NCBI GenBank assembly: GCA_963803435.1 | Contig: CAWDML010000001.1 | Coordinates: 1,632,001 to 1,696,000, forward strand | Length of the DNA stretch: 64,000 nucleotides | Source of the DNA: an uncultured delta proteobacterium | GTDB lineage: Bacteria; Myxococcota; Kuafuiibacteriia; Kuafuiibacteriales; Kuafuiibacteriaceae | Direction: 5' to 3' | Program-made: the position numbers and the translations under genes | The notes under the pieces: generated by a model | Told to the model about the DNA's origin: nothing | The model's database searches: none | What the model saw: the letters and a program-made list of their open reading frames with translations, nothing else | In this document: piece by piece, positions 33,301 through 42,794 of the stretch | Position numbering within the stretch: position 1 is the stretch's first letter | Layout of the letters: each line of letters starts with the position of its first letter

Positions 33301-33944
33301 TCGAGCTGGTCGAGACCCTCGCCGGACATCCGGCGTACTTTCTCGGTCGCTTCCACGAGGCCATCGCCCGCCACGAGGCCGTCCTCGCCTCCGCCGAGCG
33401 GCGCGGCGACCGGCAGCACCAGGCGTGGAGCCTCTACTGCACGGCGCGCAACCTGCTCTGCCTGGGAGATACGGAGGAGGCGCTCCAGCTGCTCGAGCGC
33501 GCCTGCGCCCTGCTGGCGGATCAGACCGATCAACTCTCGGACATCGCGACCTACGGCCTCCTGGCCTCCGCCCGCGCCCGGCTGGGCAAGCTGGACGCCG
33601 CGCTGGAGGCCGCCCGGACCGCCGAGGCCCGCGCCAAGGACGTGCCGCCGACCGTCTTTCTGAGCCTCCACGGCTACGAGGGCGCGGTCGAGGCGCGGAT
33701 CGCCCTGCTCGAGCGGCACCACGACGCCGAACGGCGCGCCGAGCTGAGCGGTGCCCTGCGGCGGTTGTCGCGGTTCGCGAGCGCGTTCCCGATCGGCCGT
33801 CCCTCCCTCGAGCTGTGGCGCGGGCGGGCCGCCGCCGCGATGGGCAAGGCCACTCGGGCTCAGCGACATCTGGCGCAGGCTGCCGACATCGCATCCAGCT
33901 TCGGAATGAGTTGGTATCGGGAGAACGCGCTGGGGAGCCGATGA
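30393..33944 (+). CDS. Ser/Thr protein kinase fused to a P-loop ATPase and TPR-like helical repeats
   Basis: IGQGGMGVVY, VALK, HCDLKPDN, DFG, YMAPE; GESGVGKT, LLIDDLQWAD, GNPFF. Confidence 0.92.
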   Translation: MATEWTSAGQKDSPVRVRLGSEPPERIGPYRILEPIGQGGMGVVYHAVQASTGRSVALKTVRAASEGHLDGIRREIRALAKIVHPGVVRILDEGVEGGVPWYAMELLEGRTLRQHQRLIGLDVPQDAATQTGSTSDPERRAMFLPRASIREDELLDWLTIFRALCSPLGYVHGEGIVHCDLKPDNVFLAGPHRPVLMDFGLISRFGVGLSREVLDVEPFMGTAEYMAPEQWERRPVDARTDLYALGCILFEAITGAPPWVGTRSELSRAHLFDRPPRASLRTAGVPPELDELFFALLAKTPRERIGHADEVARILGRLGAEAPSEARPHRPYLFRPAMSGRDTIVLEVAQRLSDGASGHFLLLGGESGVGKTKLAMEAARMAKRGKVRVITAECAPIADEHPLSSLLLAVADRCRAVPESRIALLGGRSRVLARLEPSLASFTDLAPDRPSEDPEAERGRLLDALVETVEAFVQDELTFLLIDDLQWADELTLEVVRRLAERRSALPKLAFLGTYRTEEIGGGLEVLLGAPGIEKVVLDRLDEQSVERMVADMLGFAAPRDFVSFLAGQSEGNPFFVGEYLRAALGAGILERTDNGRWTVKSERRDLGLPGTLRDLVTYRIVSLGEDGRRLLEATAVLGRESTAALAAEIAELDLERTEDAIEELLKRQIVEESAAGRIRLSHDKIREVAYERLAPEVKRSLHGRAARALEAAGAPAAVLAHHFERAERPLEAIDHLEAAASHALATGAHRGAGDFLERALHLAEGHDFAPVRRARWYRLLAESLLAGGDLARTMHASHSTLDVLRLERPSSRADWVLTLASQVVRQVFHRVVPRKWIIEHGREEALIEATLASGMLSRVAFFENDPLRIVAAAFWSVNLAERAGRLVQATRNYSGLGWIFGIARLHRVADAYFARARAAAEEMEDDNGLIFALTSEAIYRTGLGQWARVEDALSSARAACERTHSRHDLELVETLAGHPAYFLGRFHEAIARHEAVLASAERRGDRQHQAWSLYCTARNLLCLGDTEEALQLLERACALLADQTDQLSDIATYGLLASARARLGKLDAALEAARTAEARAKDVPPTVFLSLHGYEGAVEARIALLERHHDAERRAELSGALRRLSRFASAFPIGRPSLELWRGRAAAAMGKATRAQRHLAQAADIASSFGMSWYRENALGSR

Positions 33945-36247
33945 ACAGGGACAATCAGGTTTACTACTTCGACATCGCAGAGGGCCGCTGGCAGGGAGAG
34001 TTCGCGTTTCGCATCGAGCACTGGCGCGAGTTCGCCGGCGCGCCGATCTCGCTCCTCGACCGGGCCCTCGCCTTGATGCTCCACGTGAACGGGCTGATCC
34101 CGGGCACCAAGATGAAGGGCGAGATCCTGGGCGCGCCCGACGAGGGTGAAGCGGGCGTGGCGCGCGTCGAGGTCTCGGTCTTCCGCCTGGGGCTCGAGAT
34201 CTTCCGCCTGTCGGGACACTACGCGCTCGAGCAGAATGGGACCGCGGTGGACATCGCCGTGCTCGAACGCTTCGGGCCGCCGTTCTTTCCCGTGCGCGGC
34301 CCCGCGAAGCGCGACGCGATCATCGACAACCGCGGCTACCGCGCGACCTACCGGATCGCCTCGCTGGGCTCGAGCTGGACGGGCGTCTACGATCTCACGC
34401 CCGCCCGCGATCACCTGAGCGCCACGTACCACTCCGAGTGGGGCCGCATCGGCGAGACCATGGACCGCACCGTGCGCGTCGTCCCGCTCGACGTCGACGC
34501 CCGCAGGCGCTGGGAGCGACTCCTCGACATCGCCCGCCGTCAGGAGGTGCTCAACCGGGAGCTCGACAGCGCCCGCACCGGTGTCGATCCGCGGGCGTGC
34601 TTCGCGCACGTCTATTCGGTGATCACGCGCGATCTGGCCTTCGGCTTGAACGACTCGGGCTTCCGCGATCCGGACTGGGTCATCCGGCTCGCCGAGCGCT
34701 TCGCCGACGAGTACTTCGCGGCGATGGACGCCTGGCCGCGCGGCACGGCGCCACGGGCCTGGTCGCGCGTTCTGGACGCTCTCACCCGGCACGGCTTCAC
34801 GGCGATCGAGCAGCTGATCCTGCAGATGTTCGTCCACATCGTGCACGACCTCCCGCGGGCGCTGGTGAAGGTCGGGATGATCGACGCCGATGGACGCTCG
34901 CACGTCGACGACTTCCAGCGGGTCAACGGGCTGCTGGCCTCGGCGATCGACGATCTTCAGGATCGCCTCGGGCTCCGCTACAACGCCGCCATCCTGGTGC
35001 TCGATCGCCTGCTGCTGCGCGAGGACGAGGCCGTCGCCGCCGAGGCGATCGCGGACTGGCGCACCACCGCCTGGTACGACGCCGAGCGCATGCTCGATCC
35101 CGACGATCGCCTCCAGGTGAACCGCGAGATCGAGACCCGGGTCCAGAGGCTCGTCGAGCGCGCGGTTGGGACCACCATCGGCTCCCGGCTCGTGCTCGCC
35201 GGCGTCCGCACCGGGCTGCGCGCGCTGCGGCTGCGGCCGATCCACCCGCCGCCGGCGGCCTCGCTCGGCACGGTGGCTCCCAAGACCACGCGGGCGCCGG
35301 CGCCGGCCGCGCTCTACGCGCTCTTCACGGCGATCTCGGCCCAAAAGAGCGCCGCCGATCCGGCCAAGCTCCGCCAGGCAGTGCTCACCGACGCGCGCGA
35401 GCACCTCGACAGCCGCTCGCTCGCGATGGTGTCGGCGCTCGGCGACGTGGAGGCTTGGCGCCACGAGCTGCCGCGCCTGCTCGACCGCTCACCGTCCGAC
35501 CGCTACGCGCTGGCGGCCCTGGTCGGCGATCTCCTCCACGGCGAAGAGCTCGACCGCGCCCTCGACCAGCTCCGCGTCTCGGCCCGGGAGCACCGCGCGA
35601 TCCAGACCTTCCAGTCCGCGGTCTCGGAGATGCTGGCGGACACGGCGAGGATCGCGGGCGAAGCGGTGGTGAAGGCCGCCTCGGCGCTTCAGGCCCTCGG
35701 CATCCCGGGGACCGCGCCCCTCCTCGAGTTCGCCCACCTGCACACCGAGTACGACCCGAAGACCGGGATCTTCTTCACGACCGTGCCCGCGCTCTTCCGC
35801 GTCCCGTTCGACGAGGTCCAGCATGTGATCGCACCCGCCGACTGGGACGAGTCGATCAAGCAGGTCGTCGACACCCACTGGATCGTCGAGAACAAGATCC
35901 TCTACGAGGAGGTGAACGTCCTCCATCCGTGGCTCGAGAATCATCCGCTTCACCTCAGGACCGAGCTCGCAATCCAGGAGACGCGCACGCCCGGGCTGCG
36001 GCGCGTCGACTACCAGCTCCACAAGAGCCTCGATGAGGCGCTCTCAATCGACGAGGGCTTCATCTCGGTGGAGTCGAAGGGCGCGGACCTCTCCCTGGTC
36101 ACGATCCAGAAGAAGCTCAAGGTGGAGCGCGACCCGGTGCTCCTCGCGATGCTCCGCTTCAACCCGAACGGCCTGGCCGTCCTTCTCTCTCACTGGATCC
36201 ACGAGGCGGCGCTCCACGCGGTTCCGACGGCGGCCTCCGCGGCATGA
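33941..36247 (+). CDS. Multidomain hypothetical protein with a central DUF5995-like domain
   Basis: ATGA-coupled; central FAHVYSVIT, F.DPDWV..LAERFA..YF, HIVHDLPRAL, DFQRVN..L. Confidence 0.7.
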   Translation: MNRDNQVYYFDIAEGRWQGEFAFRIEHWREFAGAPISLLDRALALMLHVNGLIPGTKMKGEILGAPDEGEAGVARVEVSVFRLGLEIFRLSGHYALEQNGTAVDIAVLERFGPPFFPVRGPAKRDAIIDNRGYRATYRIASLGSSWTGVYDLTPARDHLSATYHSEWGRIGETMDRTVRVVPLDVDARRRWERLLDIARRQEVLNRELDSARTGVDPRACFAHVYSVITRDLAFGLNDSGFRDPDWVIRLAERFADEYFAAMDAWPRGTAPRAWSRVLDALTRHGFTAIEQLILQMFVHIVHDLPRALVKVGMIDADGRSHVDDFQRVNGLLASAIDDLQDRLGLRYNAAILVLDRLLLREDEAVAAEAIADWRTTAWYDAERMLDPDDRLQVNREIETRVQRLVERAVGTTIGSRLVLAGVRTGLRALRLRPIHPPPAASLGTVAPKTTRAPAPAALYALFTAISAQKSAADPAKLRQAVLTDAREHLDSRSLAMVSALGDVEAWRHELPRLLDRSPSDRYALAALVGDLLHGEELDRALDQLRVSAREHRAIQTFQSAVSEMLADTARIAGEAVVKAASALQALGIPGTAPLLEFAHLHTEYDPKTGIFFTTVPALFRVPFDEVQHVIAPADWDESIKQVVDTHWIVENKILYEEVNVLHPWLENHPLHLRTELAIQETRTPGLRRVDYQLHKSLDEALSIDEGFISVESKGADLSLVTIQKKLKVERDPVLLAMLRFNPNGLAVLLSHWIHEAALHAVPTAASAA

Positions 36248-37290
36248 TCGACCCGGACATCGCGAAGGCCTCCGCGCTGCCGGCCGATGCCTACGTCTCC
36301 GAGGAGGCCTACGCCCGCGTCCGCGAGTCCGTCCTCGCAGCGAGCTGGCACGTCCTTTTGCACCGCGACCAGATCTCCGATCCGGGCCTCTACCCCGCGA
36401 CCCTCGGCGCCGGGTCGCTCGATGAGCCCGTGATCGTTTCGCGCGCTCCGGACGGCGCCCTCTCCTGCTTCTCCAACGTCTGCACGCACCGGGGCGCGAT
36501 CCTGCTCGAGTCCCCCTGCCCCGCGCAGAACATCCGGTGTCGCTACCACGGGCGCCGCTTCGATCGAGCGGGGCGCTTCCTCTCGATGCCGGAGCTCGAG
36601 GGCGCCGCCGACTTCCCCTCCGAGCGCGACCACTTGCCCGCGCTCGGGCTGGGCGCCTGGGGCCCGCTGATCTTCGGCGCGATCGCTCCGACGCTCGACT
36701 TCGACCGCTGGATCGGCCCGGTGCGCGAGCGGCTCCCCGCCCTCGATCTCGAGCGCGCCCGCTTCACCGGCGAGCGCGTCTATGAGCTCGACGCCAGCTG
36801 GGCCCTCTACTGCGACAACTACCTCGAAGGCTTCCACATCCCGTACGTCCACCCCGAGCTGGCGGGTGCGCTCGACTACGCCTCCTACTCGGTAGAGACC
36901 TTCGAGCACGCGTCGCTGCAGATCGGCGTCGCCAAGGATCCCGGCGAGGCCTTCGACGGCGGGACGGCCGCCGCCTATTACTTCTTCCTCTTCCCCACGA
37001 CGATGCTGAACGTCTACCCGTGGGGCCTCAGCCTCAACATCGTCGAGCCCCTCGGCCCCGCGCGCACCCGCGTCCGCTTCCTCTCGTTCGTCACCGACGA
37101 GCGCCGCCTGGGTCACTCCGCCAGCGCCAATCTGGATCTGGTCGAACGCCAGGACGAGGCGGTGGTGTGCTCGGTCCAGCGCGGCGTCCGCTCGCGTCTC
37201 TACCGGCCGGGCCGCTACTCCCCCAGCCGCGAGATCGCGGTGCATCACTTCCACCGGCTGCTCGAGGGCTATCTGAGCAGCGCGCGATAG
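36244..37290 (+). CDS. Rieske non-heme iron oxygenase alpha subunit (choline monooxygenase-like)
   Basis: CTHRG...CRYHG Rieske motif; DNYLEGFHIPYVH iron site; QD.AVV.SVQRG. Confidence 0.92.
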   Translation: MIDPDIAKASALPADAYVSEEAYARVRESVLAASWHVLLHRDQISDPGLYPATLGAGSLDEPVIVSRAPDGALSCFSNVCTHRGAILLESPCPAQNIRCRYHGRRFDRAGRFLSMPELEGAADFPSERDHLPALGLGAWGPLIFGAIAPTLDFDRWIGPVRERLPALDLERARFTGERVYELDASWALYCDNYLEGFHIPYVHPELAGALDYASYSVETFEHASLQIGVAKDPGEAFDGGTAAAYYFFLFPTTMLNVYPWGLSLNIVEPLGPARTRVRFLSFVTDERRLGHSASANLDLVERQDEAVVCSVQRGVRSRLYRPGRYSPSREIAVHHFHRLLEGYLSSAR

Positions 37291-38876
37291 TGGAGCGGGT
37301 CGGCCACGTTCTTCACCTTGGCCTGGCGCACCTCCGAGAACCCGGACGGATCGCCGTGGGCGGCCACGAAGCTCTCCATGCACAGGATCTCGTCCCGGAC
37401 GGCCACGCCCTGGAGCCGGGCGGCGTTGTTCATGCCCGAGGAGAAGCCGGTGTAGTTCTCGTTCGGGCCGAACTTCCCGACGATCATCGGACAGTAGTTG
37501 AGGCCGGTCGCCACCCCCATGGGGTTGGTCAGGCCCTCGAGCTGCTTCAAGACCGCGCCGTCGTTGAGCGTCCGCGTGAAGTCGCGGATCTGAACCGCGG
37601 CCTCGGCGGCCGTCCGACACAGGACACGCGGGTCGTCCTCGAAGAAGGGCGGTCCCCAGAGGCCGATCACGCAGTCGCCCACCATCTTGTCGAACACACC
37701 GCCGTGCTCCCAGAGGAGCTCGACCACCTGCTCGCTCCAGGTGTCGACCAGCTTTCCGATCAGCTCGGGGTGGCGGAGGACCTGCTCGGAGATCCGCGTG
37801 AAGCCGGAGATGTCGCAGTAGAGCACGGCGACCTCACCCTCGACCGGCATCAGGTAGCGGGTGTCGTAGTCCTCGGCGTTCAGCAGTCGATCCACGATCT
37901 TGGGCGGGAAGCAGAGCGACAGGTGCTTCCACTCGCGGTTGAAGTCGACGATGCGCTGCCTCAGATAGTCGGCGAAGAGCGCGATCAGGTCGCGCTCGAA
38001 CGTATTGAACTGCCCGTTCTTGGAGGTGACGATCACCCGCCCGACGACGCGCTCGTCCCGGACACCGTTGATCATCACCTCTTCGCGGTAGCGATCGAGA
38101 CCGAAGCGCTCCACCAGCGCGCGGGACTCCTTCGAGATCATGTTGGCGGCGTAGTCCCGGATGAAGGTGTCGATCTCGATGTCGCGGGGCAGCTTCGAGT
38201 CGTGCGTGAGCACACCGCCCTGAATGATCTTGTAGTGGAGGCTGACGCCGCGCTGGTCGTCCTCCTGCCGGAACACCAGCAGCATGTCCTCGAAGTCGAC
38301 GTTGGCGGACAGGACCGCGATGGCCTTCTTGATGCCCTCGTCGAGCACGGGCACGCGCAGGGCGTCGCTGGTGGCGAGCGCCACGCTCTGCTTCTTGCGG
38401 GCCTCGGCGATCGAGGCCAGGTAGTTGTCGAGATGCTCGCACCAGACGTCGAGCATCACCTCGGTGCGCGCGCGCTCGTAGGGGTCGAGCCCGCGTTCGA
38501 TCTGGATCGCCGCCGCGCCGAAGGGCTCGCCCGCCACGTCGAAGGGCTGGCCGACGACGGTGCCGGTGGGGGAGACGGAGGCATAACGCTCGCAACGCTC
38601 CGCCGCCGCGAGCACGGCCTGGGTGTCGCCTGCGAAGGCCGCGCCGTCGGCGGTGAAGTCGGAGAGCTCGAGCGATTCGTCGTACGTGCGGACGAAGGCG
38701 CTCTTCGCGCCCAGCGCGCGGATCAGGACCACGAACATGGCCTGGAGCGTCTGAGCGAGCGGGAGGCGGCGGCGCAGGGCCTCCTCGAGGACGTCGTCGC
38801 AGGCTTTCGCGAGCGCCTTTTCCGCCTCCAGCTCGGCGACGCGCAGGGCCAGCTCTTCGACGGTTCGGTCGCTCAT
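37269..38876 (-). CDS. Class III adenylate/guanylate cyclase
   Basis: YCDISGFT, DKMVGDCV, NNAARLQ; soluble N-terminal region. Confidence 0.88.
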   Translation of the reverse strand: MSDRTVEELALRVAELEAEKALAKACDDVLEEALRRRLPLAQTLQAMFVVLIRALGAKSAFVRTYDESLELSDFTADGAAFAGDTQAVLAAAERCERYASVSPTGTVVGQPFDVAGEPFGAAAIQIERGLDPYERARTEVMLDVWCEHLDNYLASIAEARKKQSVALATSDALRVPVLDEGIKKAIAVLSANVDFEDMLLVFRQEDDQRGVSLHYKIIQGGVLTHDSKLPRDIEIDTFIRDYAANMISKESRALVERFGLDRYREEVMINGVRDERVVGRVIVTSKNGQFNTFERDLIALFADYLRQRIVDFNREWKHLSLCFPPKIVDRLLNAEDYDTRYLMPVEGEVAVLYCDISGFTRISEQVLRHPELIGKLVDTWSEQVVELLWEHGGVFDKMVGDCVIGLWGPPFFEDDPRVLCRTAAEAAVQIRDFTRTLNDGAVLKQLEGLTNPMGVATGLNYCPMIVGKFGPNENYTGFSSGMNNAARLQGVAVRDEILCMESFVAAHGDPSGFSEVRQAKVKNVADPLHYRALLR

Positions 38877-38881
38877 CGCGG

Positions 38882-40867
38882 CTAATCTACATCACCTGGG
38901 ATCACGATCGTACGCCCCGAGATCGCTCGAGCTGCCTGCTTTCCCGCCATCGCGGCGGCCTCCACGGAGCCGACGTTCATCCCCGTGTGAACCCAGTCGC
39001 CGGCGAGGAAGAGCCGCGGGATGCCGGAGTCGGCGGAGCGCATCCGGAGGTGCATGGTGCCGGGCACCGAGAGCACGTAGCGCTCCCAGGGCCGGACGTT
39101 GGCGCGCCAGTACTGGCCGTGCGCCTGCGCCAGGCGGGCGTGGGGGAGGAGGTGCCCCAGGTTCGCGGCGAACCAGGCGCGGCCCTCGGCCTCCACGCGA
39201 CCCAGCGCGGCGGCGTCGGGACCGTCGTCGCTCAGCGAGCCGCAGAAGTAGCCCACGTTCTTCACCGCCGGATCGTTCTCCATCTCCACCAGGTGTCCCA
39301 TGTCGGCCCAGGTATCGAGCGCGTCGGCGTACCCTGTGACCACCGCCGAGTCCTCGGTCCAGCCGAGCTCGGCGAGGGAGCGATCGAACCAGAGCTGCAC
39401 CGACTGCGTCCGTGTGGTCTTCATGCCCGACACCATGCTCCGCCATCGCTCACTGTGCGCCGAGAGCGCGCCCGTGATCGGCGCGAGCGCACCCACCGGG
39501 ATCGCGAGCACCACCGCGTGGAAGTCCTCCAGCACGAACGCGCGCTCGCCGGGGATCGGCGCCGGCGACCCGAGATCGATCCCGGAGGCGGCGAGCTCCG
39601 ACCCACCCTCCAGCTGATCCCAGTCCGGCTGCGCGCGCCAGCAAGCCAGCTTGCCGCCCGGCGCCGGCACGTCGACCAACGGGTGATAGTCGGCCTCCTT
39701 GGTGGCGGCCTGGCGAGCGCCGTGAACGCGGGCCAGCACACCGTCGCGATCGAGCTCGAGGCGATCGATGCGGTGAAAGAAGCGGAAGTCGACGCCGCGA
39801 CGCCTCAGCACCAGGTAGAGCGGCGCGAACACCGTCTCACCCATGCCGGCGGCCATCCGGTAGAAGAGCGAGCCGCGATACGTCAGGTTCAGCCGGAAGA
39901 GGCCGTTGACCGCCGTCCCGGCCGCGCCCTCGAAGCCGGTGTTGAAGACCGCGTCGCCGGTCCCCCGCACCATCGGGGCGTCGACGGTCTCCGCCGAGGC
40001 GCCGTGCCGCCGCAACCACGCGCGATAGTCGGTGTCGTCGATCGCGGTGAGATTCTCCAGCCACTCGACGTGGTCGAGATCGGAGACCGGCCCGCGCTTC
40101 GGGATCAGAAGGCCCTCATCGAGGATGCCGACGATGTTGCTGGCGAGGAAGTCGAGCGTGAGCCAGACGCGCCGGAGCTGACCGTCCTGGGCGCGCTGCC
40201 GGAAGAGCATCCGCACCGTCGCGCGCAGCCGGTCGACCAGCAGGGCCAGCGTGCGGTGGATCGACGGCACCGGGCCGCTGCGGAGGACGTCGGAGAGCGC
40301 GCCGATGCGGGAGACCAGGTCCTGCAAGGCGACTTGCAGCTCGCCCCGCATCTCCGAGAGATAGGCGTCCCGCGGGGGCGTCCAGCGTTCCACCGGGTGG
40401 GGATCGACGCAGACACCGAGCAACCAGCGGAGCAGACCCATGAAGGACTCGCGGGGCGTGGCGATGGTGCCGTGCTCGCCGGGCGCGCTGGGGAGGCGCG
40501 GGAAGCGCTGCGGCCAGTGGTGCCAGCCGCTGTCGGTGCGATCCTCGAGGACCACCAGATCCTGAGGAAGGAAGGCGTCGCGCCAGGTGGCGAGGGGCGC
40601 ACCGATCGGGCGCCCCAGCTCCTGGTAGGCCTCGCGGAGCATCATGAAGAGGTTCTCGTAGCAGCCGCCCAAGAGGTGGAGCCCGTGCTCCTCGATGCGA
40701 TCACCGCGCGCGCGGTTGCGGCTGCTGGCGCCCTTGCCGCCGAGCCGTCCGCCGAGCTCGTAGACCGTCACGTCGAAGCGCTCGCGCGCCCCGGGGCGGG
40801 TCAGCTCCCACGCCGCCGCCAGCCCGCCCATGCCTCCGCCCAGGATCGCGATCTTCTTTCTGGCCAC
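38882..40867 (-). CDS. FAD/NAD(P)-binding oxidoreductase (amine oxidase/desaturase superfamily)
   Basis: IAILGGGMGGLAAA, RLGGKGAS, EEHGLH, FLAGDW...GSVEAA. Confidence 0.85.
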   Translation of the reverse strand: MARKKIAILGGGMGGLAAAWELTRPGARERFDVTVYELGGRLGGKGASSRNRARGDRIEEHGLHLLGGCYENLFMMLREAYQELGRPIGAPLATWRDAFLPQDLVVLEDRTDSGWHHWPQRFPRLPSAPGEHGTIATPRESFMGLLRWLLGVCVDPHPVERWTPPRDAYLSEMRGELQVALQDLVSRIGALSDVLRSGPVPSIHRTLALLVDRLRATVRMLFRQRAQDGQLRRVWLTLDFLASNIVGILDEGLLIPKRGPVSDLDHVEWLENLTAIDDTDYRAWLRRHGASAETVDAPMVRGTGDAVFNTGFEGAAGTAVNGLFRLNLTYRGSLFYRMAAGMGETVFAPLYLVLRRRGVDFRFFHRIDRLELDRDGVLARVHGARQAATKEADYHPLVDVPAPGGKLACWRAQPDWDQLEGGSELAASGIDLGSPAPIPGERAFVLEDFHAVVLAIPVGALAPITGALSAHSERWRSMVSGMKTTRTQSVQLWFDRSLAELGWTEDSAVVTGYADALDTWADMGHLVEMENDPAVKNVGYFCGSLSDDGPDAAALGRVEAEGRAWFAANLGHLLPHARLAQAHGQYWRANVRPWERYVLSVPGTMHLRMRSADSGIPRLFLAGDWVHTGMNVGSVEAAAMAGKQAARAISGRTIVIPGDVD

Positions 40868-40879
40868 GTTGCCCCCGCT

Positions 40880-41860
40880 TCACAGCTCCGGCGCCGTCAG
40901 ATGGACCTCGAGCGGCCCCGGCAAGACGGAGAGCTCCCGAGCGCCGGCGTACGGGTGGCGCACCAGCACGTGCCACGGGCCGTCGCCGGGCAGCCGATCG
41001 ATCGAGAAGCGACCGGACACGTCGGTGATCGCGAAGAACGGGTGGGAGAAGACGAAGAGGCGGCCCTCCATCCACGGGTGGATCTCGCAAAGGAGCGTGC
41101 CGTCGTGATCCTCGGCCTTGAACCGCCGTTCGATCTTCATCCCCTGGGCCGGCATCGCCATGTTGAACTCGCTCCGCTTTGCGACCCCATGGACCTCGTG
41201 GAGCAACGGATCGTCGTTGCGAACCTCGAGGGTCTGGCCGATCTGGATCGCGACGACGTCCGGTCGAAAGCGGCAGTGCGTCTGATGGACGATCACCTTC
41301 TCTTGGGGCACCGGATACTCGAGCGGCGCGGCCGGCTCCACCCAGACCACCGCACCGGCGAGCCCGCCCTTGCCGTCGACCTGCACCAGGCGGCGGACCT
41401 GGTCCTCGGGCTCAGCGAGGGCCTTGCACTTCGGATCCCTCGAGAGGTCGAGCGGGATCGGATCCGGGACCGCGCCGGAGTACGTCACGCGACCCTCGAG
41501 GTGGCCCTCGCCAAAGCGCTGCGCGTCGCCCCCCAGGGCCGTCTCGGTGCGCGACCCCTCGGCGACGTCGGTGGGAAGCACACCGGGATCGGCGGGAGGC
41601 GGCGGCACCTCGGGCGTCGCGTGCACGTCGTCCGCGGCTTTGGCTTCGGGCGCGGCGTTCCAGTCGGGGACGAGCGAGCGATGCTCCGGGGACTCTCCGT
41701 CGACGGGCGGACGATCATCGGGAAGCTCTCGACCGCTCGCGGTGTTCGGTCCGGCGTGCGGCGTCGTGCGATCGTCATCGCCCAGACGGCGTGCGAGCAG
41801 GAAGAGGAGGAGGAGGAGCGGAACGCCGATCGAGAGCGCTGTACGGGCTCGGACGCGCAT
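40880..41860 (-). CDS. Membrane-anchored protein with a cupredoxin/carboxypeptidase-regulatory-like domain
   Basis: N-terminal TM; QTHCRFRP, NDDPLLHEVH, CEIHPWM; start uncertain. Confidence 0.72.
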   Translation of the reverse strand: MRVRARTALSIGVPLLLLLFLLARRLGDDDRTTPHAGPNTASGRELPDDRPPVDGESPEHRSLVPDWNAAPEAKAADDVHATPEVPPPPADPGVLPTDVAEGSRTETALGGDAQRFGEGHLEGRVTYSGAVPDPIPLDLSRDPKCKALAEPEDQVRRLVQVDGKGGLAGAVVWVEPAAPLEYPVPQEKVIVHQTHCRFRPDVVAIQIGQTLEVRNDDPLLHEVHGVAKRSEFNMAMPAQGMKIERRFKAEDHDGTLLCEIHPWMEGRLFVFSHPFFAITDVSGRFSIDRLPGDGPWHVLVRHPYAGARELSVLPGPLEVHLTAPEL

Positions 41861-41946
41861 CGAGCGCGAGGATATCATGGTATCTACGGACCGTTCTCGC
41901 GTGGACACACGCACCTTCTTTCGACTATACGAGCCTCCGGAGGTAG

Positions 41947-42741
41947 ATGATGAAGCTCGGCTCTAGGGCGATTCCACCCCTGATGGTGGTGAGCCTGGGT
42001 CTGACCGCGTGCGTCGATCCGAACGACATCAAAGAGATCAAGAAGAACCAGAAGCAGATCATCGAGAAGATCGATGAGCTGTCGAAGCGGGGACCGACGG
42101 CGCCGCAGCCGCGGCCGCGGGGACCTCAGCCCGGTCGACCGGATCCGAGCAAGGTCTACGCTTTCGAGGTCGGCGACGCGCCCCAGAAGGGTCCGAAGGA
42201 CGCCTGGGTCACGATCGTCGAAGTCTCGGACTTCCAGTGACCGTTCTGTGGGAGGGTCGGTCCGACCCTCAAGCAGCTGGAGGAAAAGTACAAAGACGAC
42301 GTTCGGTTCGTATTTAAGAACTTCCCGTTGAGCTTTCATCAACGCGCCATGCCGGCGGCCATCGCCGCCACATGTGCAGGGGAGCAGGGCAAATTCTGGG
42401 AGATGGAAGACAAAATCTTCGCGAACCAGCGCGCCATGGAAGACGCAGATCTGGAGAACTACGCGAAGGAGACCGGCGTCGATCTCGGTCGATGGAAGAA
42501 GTGTGTCGCGGAAGGCACCACCAAGCCGAAGATCATGAAGGACATGGCGGACGCGACCCGTCTGGGTACGCGTGGAACGCCCGCGTTCTACGTCAACGGC
42601 CACTTCCTCTCCGGTGCCCAGCCCTTCCCGGCGTTCGATCAGCTCGTTCAGGAGGAGCTGAAGAAGGCCAAGGAGAGCGGCGTCCCGAAGAACGAGTACT
42701 ATCAGAAAGCCGTCGTCGAGAAGGGCGAGAAGAAAGTCTAG
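41947..42741 (+). CDS. DsbA/thioredoxin-like lipoprotein, predicted selenoprotein (Sec at UGA 42238-42240, UPFC motif)
   Basis: ORFs 41947-42240 and 42328-42741 share a frame; read-through gives SDFQ-U-PFC, aligned to SDFQCPFC in the adjacent paralog; lipobox LTAC; cis-Pro GTPAF. Confidence 0.9.
42241..42270 (+). promoter_or_regulatory. Putative bacterial SECIS element
   Basis: Perfect hairpin GAGGGTCG-gtc-CGACCCTC (42252-42270) with a G-initiated loop 19 nt after the UGA; absent from the Cys paralog. Confidence 0.8.
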
Positions 42742-42794
42742 CCCCCGCGCCCCGCTCCGCTCCCCCCACTCTCAATTTCTGGAGGAAAATCAGC

